A stretch of DNA of 64,000 nt from Paracoccaceae bacterium (GTDB lineage: Bacteria > Pseudomonadota > Alphaproteobacteria > Rhodobacterales > Rhodobacteraceae): contig CACPHA010000001.1 in the NCBI GenBank assembly GCA_902633655.1, positions 1,263 to 65,262 of the forward strand, read 5' to 3'. The notes beneath the pieces were generated by a model, which was not told where the DNA came from, made no database searches, and saw only the letters and a list, made by a program, of their open reading frames with translations. Position numbers and translations under genes: made by a program. Shown piece by piece: positions 55,082 to 62,400 of this stretch; position 1 is the first letter of the stretch; each line of letters opens with the position of its first letter.

Positions 55082-55870
55082 ATGCGCAATCTAGTCAAAG
55101 GTAAACGTATTGTGGTAACTGGATCTGCTTCGGGGATCGGTTGGGAAACATCAAGAATTCTGGCAGAGCAAGGTGCCGAAGTTCTTGGCGTAGACGTGAA
55201 CAAAAACTTCGATAACGTAGAAGAATTTTATCGCGCAGACCTTAGCGATCCGCGCGCAATAGATGCTCTGATTGATGTTATGCCTGAAGGTATTGATGGT
55301 TTGGTCAATAACGCAGGTTTACCACCCACAAAAGATGCCAACCTTTTGTTGCGAGTCAACCTTGTCGGACTAAAACGTCTGACTTATGGCATGATAGGTA
55401 AGCTCTCAGATGGCGCTAGTATAGTAAATGTAGCCTCACTTGCAGGCATCGGTTGGCCTCAAGCAGTAAACGCTATAAAAGCATCAGAACATTTGGACTT
55501 TAATAATCTGGATCAGTTCATTGAACAATGGCGAGTATCCTCAGAAGGGGGGCGTAGCTACTTTTTCTCAAAAGAAGCACTCATAGTCTGGACTATGCAA
55601 AACCGCTGGACTTGGCGCGAGCGGGGTATTCGGATGAACGCAGTTAGCCCTGGTCCAGTGGATACGCCAATCCTCAAGGATTTCTTGGAAACGCTTGGCC
55701 AGCGGGCTGAGGAGGATAGAAAAGCAATGGACCGGCCAGGTACGGCCGAGGACATAGCGCCAATTATAATGTTTTTATTATCAGATATGACCACTTGGAT
55801 CCGGGGAGCTAATATTCCTTCAGATGGTGGTATGTCTTCAAACATTCTATGCAACATGCAGGGACTTTAG
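55082..55870 (+). CDS. SDR alcohol dehydrogenase, coniferyl-alcohol dehydrogenase-like
   Basis: TGSASGIG, ADLSD, NNAGLPP, YFFSK, SPGPVDTPIL. Confidence 0.75.
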   Translation: MRNLVKGKRIVVTGSASGIGWETSRILAEQGAEVLGVDVNKNFDNVEEFYRADLSDPRAIDALIDVMPEGIDGLVNNAGLPPTKDANLLLRVNLVGLKRLTYGMIGKLSDGASIVNVASLAGIGWPQAVNAIKASEHLDFNNLDQFIEQWRVSSEGGRSYFFSKEALIVWTMQNRWTWRERGIRMNAVSPGPVDTPILKDFLETLGQRAEEDRKAMDRPGTAEDIAPIIMFLLSDMTTWIRGANIPSDGGMSSNILCNMQGL

Positions 55871-55883
55871 GGAGGGAGAAAAG

Positions 55884-57404
55884 ATGGGCGTTACAGGCTG
55901 GATCATTCTCATAGTTGTAGTTTTTGCGGTAATCATCGCATTGGCTGCCTGGTGGTACGAGAGAGCTACCAATGAGGTATCTTTACTGAGGACTGGGGTG
56001 GGCGGAAAGCGCGTAGTTATTGACGGTGGCTTGCTTACAGTACCATATTTCCACGAAATTAGCCGAGTCAATATGCAGACTTTGCGTCTAGACATAGATC
56101 GGCGTGGGGAAAGTTCCCTTATCACGCAAGACCGTTTGCGAGTTGATATTGGTGCAGAATTCTATGTCTCCGTCTCACCCAATGAGGAAGCAATCACGCG
56201 AGCAGCTCAAACACTTGGAAAACGTACCTTCAATAGAGATGAGCTTCGAAACTTAATTGACGGGATGATGGTTGATTCTTTGCGCTCGGTCGCCGCTCGC
56301 ATGTCTATGGATGAACTCCACGAAAACCGGACTGAGTTTGTGTCGGAGGTTAGCGATGGCTTGAAAGAAACCCTATCTCGCTATGGTTTACAACTCGACA
56401 GCGTATCTCTGACAGGGTTGGATCAGACACCCTTTTCGGCTTTGGACGAAAATAATGCATTCAATGCGGTTGGCATGCGTAAATTGGCAGAGGTAATTGC
56501 AAAATCTAAGAAAGAAAGAGCAGAGATTGATGCCGATAGCGAAGTGTCAGTTCGTCGGGCATCAATGGAGGCATCGCGTAAGAGACTTGAAATTGATCTG
56601 GAAGAAAGGCGCGCCGAAATAGCTCAACAACAAGAAATCGAAACGCTCGCAGCTGCACAGATCGCAGAAGTTGCAAAGCGAAAAGCAGATAGCGAACGGG
56701 CAGCAACCGAGGCCAAAATTGATATGGAACGCTCCATACAGGCAGCAGAAGTTGAACGAGAGCAGGCCCTGGCCATCGCCGAACAGGACCGGCAGATTGC
56801 CATTTCAGCCAAAAGCCAAGATGAAAGCAAAGCTCAAGCTCAGGCGGATGTAGCGCGGGCAGAGGCCGTTAAATCCGCTCAAGCTGTTGAGACCGCCCGC
56901 GCTTTGGCAGAAGCAGAACGTTTTGCTGCACTCGCTGAAATCTCGGCGCGTTCGGATGCAACAGCTAAGGCTGCACGCGCCGCAATTGAAGCCGAAAGCG
57001 AAAAGGCCACAGCCAGAGACAAAGCCGATGCACGTCGAGAGGAAGCAGAAGCGGAGAAGGCGGTCAAAATGGCAGAGGTGGCAGCTAGCCGGGCAAGAAT
57101 TGATGCCGAAAATACGCGTACGGATGCTCTGGTCGCTCTAGAATTTGAAAAGGTGCGGCTTGAAGCTATGCCAAAAATCATGAGCGAGATGGTAAAGCCG
57201 GCAGAGAAGATAAAATCGATAAACGTTAACCATGTTACTGGTTTAGGTGGTGGAATTGGTGATGGTTCTCCAAAATCCCCTGTAACAACTGCAATGGACT
57301 CCATAATGGAAATGGCAGTGCAATATCCACTTCTTAAAAAAATTGGCGACCAAATGGGCGTCTCTTTTGACGAGGCCTCTGGAAAGAAAAAAGAGGGTGA
57401 ATGA
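55884..57404 (+). CDS. Flotillin / SPFH domain protein
   Basis: N-terminal TM segment, SPFH domain (LITQDRLRVD, SLRSVAA, LDENNAFNAVG), long Ala/Glu/Arg-rich coiled coil, MVKPAEKIKSI. Confidence 0.88.
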   Translation: MGVTGWIILIVVVFAVIIALAAWWYERATNEVSLLRTGVGGKRVVIDGGLLTVPYFHEISRVNMQTLRLDIDRRGESSLITQDRLRVDIGAEFYVSVSPNEEAITRAAQTLGKRTFNRDELRNLIDGMMVDSLRSVAARMSMDELHENRTEFVSEVSDGLKETLSRYGLQLDSVSLTGLDQTPFSALDENNAFNAVGMRKLAEVIAKSKKERAEIDADSEVSVRRASMEASRKRLEIDLEERRAEIAQQQEIETLAAAQIAEVAKRKADSERAATEAKIDMERSIQAAEVEREQALAIAEQDRQIAISAKSQDESKAQAQADVARAEAVKSAQAVETARALAEAERFAALAEISARSDATAKAARAAIEAESEKATARDKADARREEAEAEKAVKMAEVAASRARIDAENTRTDALVALEFEKVRLEAMPKIMSEMVKPAEKIKSINVNHVTGLGGGIGDGSPKSPVTTAMDSIMEMAVQYPLLKKIGDQMGVSFDEASGKKKEGE

Positions 57405-57636
57405 AGGCTACCAAAAGAACTTATAGCTTATGCCAAGTTGTGTCACCACGACTTAACTCATGATCTAACTTGGTTAATAATTAGATCATCGACCTATAGA
57501 ATATTTTGCAAACTAACGGCATTATAAACCGAAATCTTCGCATTGCGGACTAGACATTTAATTCACACATAGGCTAATCATATTGTCGGTCATAATTTGG
57601 CCGGTAAGACGAGTTAAACACCCTATAGGGAAAAGT

Positions 57637-57885
57637 ATGGACTTACGAAACATTGTTCTTGCCAGACTTGAAAAGGCAGTTGCCGAGCATTCACCGATGC
57701 CGTTTCCCCAAGATATGGAGGACGAAGATGAGTTGGACGTGTTCGGCTTAGATTCATTGGCTTTTATGGGTTTGCTAACAGGCATTGAGAAAGATGTTGG
57801 TTTTATCCCTCGCGCAATCCTGGAAGGTGACCTTTATCCAGAAACTTTCGGCGAGCTTGTTTCTGCTTACGAAAAAGCCGGATGA
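57637..57885 (+). CDS. Standalone acyl/aryl carrier protein
   Basis: 82 aa acidic protein with phosphopantetheine site GLDSL; stop overlaps the ligase start (ATGA). Confidence 0.85.
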   Translation: MDLRNIVLARLEKAVAEHSPMPFPQDMEDEDELDVFGLDSLAFMGLLTGIEKDVGFIPRAILEGDLYPETFGELVSAYEKAG

Positions 57886-59438
57886 CGATGAAAGCCAGAG
57901 ACTTGCCGACCTATTACAACATGTGTGACATACTCGAGCACAACTTAAAGCATCGCGCAGATAAGACTGCTTTATTGAGCGAGTATGCCTCGCTGACCTT
58001 TCAAGAGGTATCAAACCAAGTGAACCAGGTCGGAAATGCTCTTATCCGAATGGGTGTCCGGTTTGGCGAGTGCGTGGCAATCCTTTGTCCAGATCGGCCA
58101 GAATGGATAACCACTTTCTTTGCAACAGCAAAGATTGGAGGGATTGCTCTTGGAATTAACACATTACTTAAGTCGGAGGAATATGACCACATCCTTAGGG
58201 ATGCGCGTGTCCGGGTGCTGGTTGTCCATGATAGTATGTTGGCTTTAGTCGAACCTATTTTAGGCCTAAACAACACCTTAACCAAGGTTATCGTTGTCGG
58301 AGTGAATGAAGACGCCAATTATAAGAACTTTTCCGACTGGATCGCTCCAGAAACCACCAATCTTGACGCCGAAAAGACGCATCGTGATGATTTTTGCTCA
58401 CTTCATTACTCTAGTGGTACAACGGGTCTACCAAAGGGGGTCTTTCACTCTCACAAAGATTATCCATTAATTGCACAGTTATCAGGCGTGGACCTCTTTG
58501 GTTTAAGTGAAAATGACCGTACATTCTCAGTCGCTAAGCTATTTTTCGTTTATGGGATTGGCGGCAACCTTATCTTTCCTTGGTATGTAGGTGCGAGCTG
58601 TGTCCTGTATGCCGGTGCGCCTCGTCAGGCAGCTGCAGTGCTCAAAACGATTGACAAATTTAAACCAACTATATTTGTTTGTGTTCCAACAGTATATGGG
58701 GCAATTCTTTCTTTGCCTAATTTCGATGAACGCTATGACGTCAGGTCGCTAAGGTTATGCATGTCTGCAGGCGAACCTCTTCCCAAGCGGCTTTGGTATG
58801 CTTGGAAAAATGCGACCGGGATTGAAATCCTTGACACGATTGGTTGCACAGAAACCTATCACACATTTATGGCTAATCGACCGGAGGAATTGCGTCCTGG
58901 CAGCAGCGGTAAGCCAATTGGGGGCTATAATGTAAGGCTTGTTGACGATAACGGTGAAGATGTCCCTCAGGGGGTGGTTGGCAATCTTATGGTGCGTGGG
59001 GAAACAACAGCACTTTTTTACCTTCATCAATCGGAAAAAACACGCCAGACCTTTCGAGGGGAATGGCTCTTAACGGGCGATCAGTATCTGAAAGATGAAA
59101 GTGGGTATTATTGGCATCAGGGACGGGCCGATGATATGCTAAAAGTCGGCGGGCTCTGGGTCTCGCCTTTGGAAATCGAAGAGGTGTTAAACGGGCATGA
59201 ATTTGTCACTGATTGTGCAGTAGTTGGGCATTATGACGATGCAGGACTTGTAAAACCAAAGGCTTTTGTTTGTCTCCGGAATGGCATTACCCCTTGTGAT
59301 CATGTGCTAGGACAACTTCTTAAATTATGTGCCAAAAAACTCGATGCTCATAGTCGCCCAAGGTGGCTTGAATTTATTGATGATCTACCGCGGACTGCAA
59401 CAGGCAAAATACAGCGTTTCAAACTGCGAGAGCATTAG
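57882..59438 (+). CDS. Benzoate-CoA ligase family adenylating enzyme
   Basis: YSSGTTGLPKG, SVAKLFFVYG, SAGEPLP, TGD, GRADDMLKVGGLWVSPLEIE, LPRTATGKIQRFKLR. Confidence 0.88.
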   Translation: MTMKARDLPTYYNMCDILEHNLKHRADKTALLSEYASLTFQEVSNQVNQVGNALIRMGVRFGECVAILCPDRPEWITTFFATAKIGGIALGINTLLKSEEYDHILRDARVRVLVVHDSMLALVEPILGLNNTLTKVIVVGVNEDANYKNFSDWIAPETTNLDAEKTHRDDFCSLHYSSGTTGLPKGVFHSHKDYPLIAQLSGVDLFGLSENDRTFSVAKLFFVYGIGGNLIFPWYVGASCVLYAGAPRQAAAVLKTIDKFKPTIFVCVPTVYGAILSLPNFDERYDVRSLRLCMSAGEPLPKRLWYAWKNATGIEILDTIGCTETYHTFMANRPEELRPGSSGKPIGGYNVRLVDDNGEDVPQGVVGNLMVRGETTALFYLHQSEKTRQTFRGEWLLTGDQYLKDESGYYWHQGRADDMLKVGGLWVSPLEIEEVLNGHEFVTDCAVVGHYDDAGLVKPKAFVCLRNGITPCDHVLGQLLKLCAKKLDAHSRPRWLEFIDDLPRTATGKIQRFKLREH

Positions 59439-59441
59439 CCA

Positions 59442-62400
59442 ATGTCAAACGAGATGTGGCTCGATGGAGGCCGACCCCAAACGCTAGAAGACGCCAATGC
59501 TGAAATATTGCGCTTGCAGGATGAGCTTGCAGCTCGCGAGATCGATGACACTTCGCGAGAACCCATCGCCATAATCGGTATGGGGTGTCGCTACCCCGGT
59601 GGTGTGCGCAATCCGAACGAATTCTGGAATCTCTTAAGCTCCGGACAGGATATCTTGAGTGATATTCCTGGGACTCGTTGGAATGTCGATGAGTACTACG
59701 ATCCTGAAATAACTGTTCCAGGAAAAGTGTATGTCAGGCAAGGTTATTTCTTGGACGATATAGACAAGTTTGACCCACAATTTTTTGGCCTGTCGCCCCG
59801 AGAAGCAGAAAGCCTTGATCCACAGCAACGCCTGGTAATGGAAGTCAGTTGGGAGACGTTGGAACATGCGGGTATCCCCCCCACCTCACTAAAAGGCGAG
59901 AAAACTGGGGTTTTCATCGGTCAATACTGGGATGATTACTCTTCACAGCGGATTTATTCCGCCGATAATCGAGAGATTGACCGCTACGCCCAACTTAGCG
60001 CTCTGCGAGGCCTTACAGCTGGCCGGATCTGTCATGTTCTAGACTCTCGCGGCCCAGCAATTCAGTTGGATACAGCCTGTTCTTCTTCATCTCTTGCCGT
60101 ACATCTCGCATGTCAGTCCTTGCGAAATGGTGAAAGCAATCTGGCCTTAGCAGGCGGCGTGAGCTTAGTACTCGCTCCTGAGCATTTGATTGGCATCTGT
60201 CAAATGACCGCTCTGTCTCCCGATGGGCGGTGCAAGACCTTTGATTCCAGCGCTAATGGCTTCGGGCAGGGTGAAGGCTGTGGTATAATCGCGTTAAAGC
60301 GCCTAAGCGATGCACAGTCTAATGGGGACACAGTTCTTGCCATAGTTCAAGGCTCTGCGGCCAATCACGATGGCCAGGCCCGCACGGTTACAACGCCAAG
60401 TGGGCCAGCCCAGCGTGCAATGCTACGAGATGCACTTGCTGATGCAGGCCTGAAAGCGGATCAGATCGATTTTGTTGAAACTCATGGCACCGGCACACCA
60501 CTTGGCGATCCTATTGAGGTAAGCGCAATCGCGCGGGTACTTTGCCAAGATCGAACCAAGCCTCTTTATTTGGGAGCGGTGAAGGCCAATGTTGGGCACC
60601 TTGATTCGGCCGCTGGGATCGCGGGACTTATGAAAGTTGTTTTGTCTCTTCAACATGAAACAATTCCACTGCATATAAATTTTTCAGAGCCTAACCGACA
60701 TATTCCATGGGACGAGTGGCCAATAAAAATTCCCATGAAAAATACAGCATGGCAGGGCAAAGAACGCTTTGCAGGGATCAGCGCATTTGGGATGAGTGGA
60801 ACTAATGTGCATTTAATTATTGGGCAGGCACCCGAACCGGTAAAACGGAGCCAGCAGCAATCTGTAGATAACTTTTCAGAACAAATATTGACGCTATCTG
60901 CCAAGGCCCCAGGAGCTTTGTCTGAATTAGCCAAACGCTTCTCCCAATTTTTGGATCACGAAGACTCCGGTAAGGAAGTTAATCTTTCTCAGCTCTGTTT
61001 TTCAGCGGCGACTAGTCGGTCCCATTTTCCACACCGTGCGGCGTTTCTGGCCAGAAACCAATTGGACCTTTCGCAAGCTGTGAATGAGTTTGCGGCTGGT
61101 AACTCCAGCGTTAGCGCAGCAAGCGGAGTTGCTGAGCGACGCTCGCCCAAATTGGCATTCCTATTCACCGGTCAGGGGGCCCAATATGTCGGAATGGGTA
61201 AGGAGCTATACGAGAGATACCCAGTTTTTCGCGCAACCATGGATCAATGCGCTAAGCTCTTGGAACCGCATCTTGACTTACCTCTACTTGAGGTCATGTG
61301 GACAGGTGAGGCCTTGCATCAAACGGCCTATACGCAATCTGCCCTTTTTGCGATTGAATATTCTCTTACTAAACTCTTCGAGGAATGGGGTATCTTACCT
61401 GATTTGCTTTTAGGTCACAGTATCGGCGAATACGCGGCCGCTTGCGTCGCCGGGGTCTTCCCGCTTGAGGAAGCGCTTCGCTTAGTAGCTGCGCGGGGGC
61501 GTTTAATGCAATCCTTGCCTCCAGGTGGAATGATGGTGAGTGTTGCCGCAGATGAAACCACGGTTCTTAGTGCTATTGCTGATGATCCTCTCGTTTCAAT
61601 TGCCGCTGTTAACGCACCACAAAGTACTGTTTTCTCAGGTGATGGATCTAGGCTGGCTGCAATTGTTGCACGTTTGGAAAGTCAGAGGGTCAAAACAACT
61701 ACGCTGAAGGTTAGCCATGCGTTCCATTCACCCATGATGGATCCGATACTTGACCAATTCCGGGAAGTTGCGGAAAGCGTGTGTTTTACGGCACCAAAAA
61801 AGACTTTGATCTCTAATGTTACAGGCAAACCGTGGGATGATACAGAAATTTCGGCGGACTACTGGGTAGACCACCTACGCGGTGCAGTCAGGTTTTCCGA
61901 TGGTATTACTTTCGCGCAATCGCAGAAGTTTCAAACTTTTTTGGAAATTGGCCCAAAGCCCACACTCCTCAGCTTGGGTCGAGCAAGCGTTTCACCTAAA
62001 TTTGGGACATGGCTTCCAAGTATTAAACCAGCCGTTGAGAGCTCGACTCTGTTAAACAGCCTTGCGCAGCTTTATGTATGCGGGGTTAATATAAATTGGA
62101 AAGGTTTTTATGATCAGTCCAATTTGCAACGTATACATCTACCAAATTATCCATGGCGCTATCAACGCTGTTGGACGGACTTTGTTTCCACCAGAGGTAA
62201 CGGGCAAAGGCTTCATCCATTGGTCCATCGGCGAATACAGAACGCCAGCAAAAGCGCTATATTCGAGTCGAACTTAAGCACCTCAAGTCCTGCCTATCTG
62301 GACGATCATAGGGTCTTTGGCAATGTCGTTTTCCCCGCCAGTGCGTTTTTTGAAATGGCGATGGTCGTTGCACGTTCAATTTTTGGGCAAGATGAAGTTG

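Noticed and set aside
56500..57304. Repetitive-looking sequence and antisense ORFs in the flotillin gene
   Set aside because: Explained by Ala/Glu/Arg-rich coiled-coil coding; no exact DNA repeat array.
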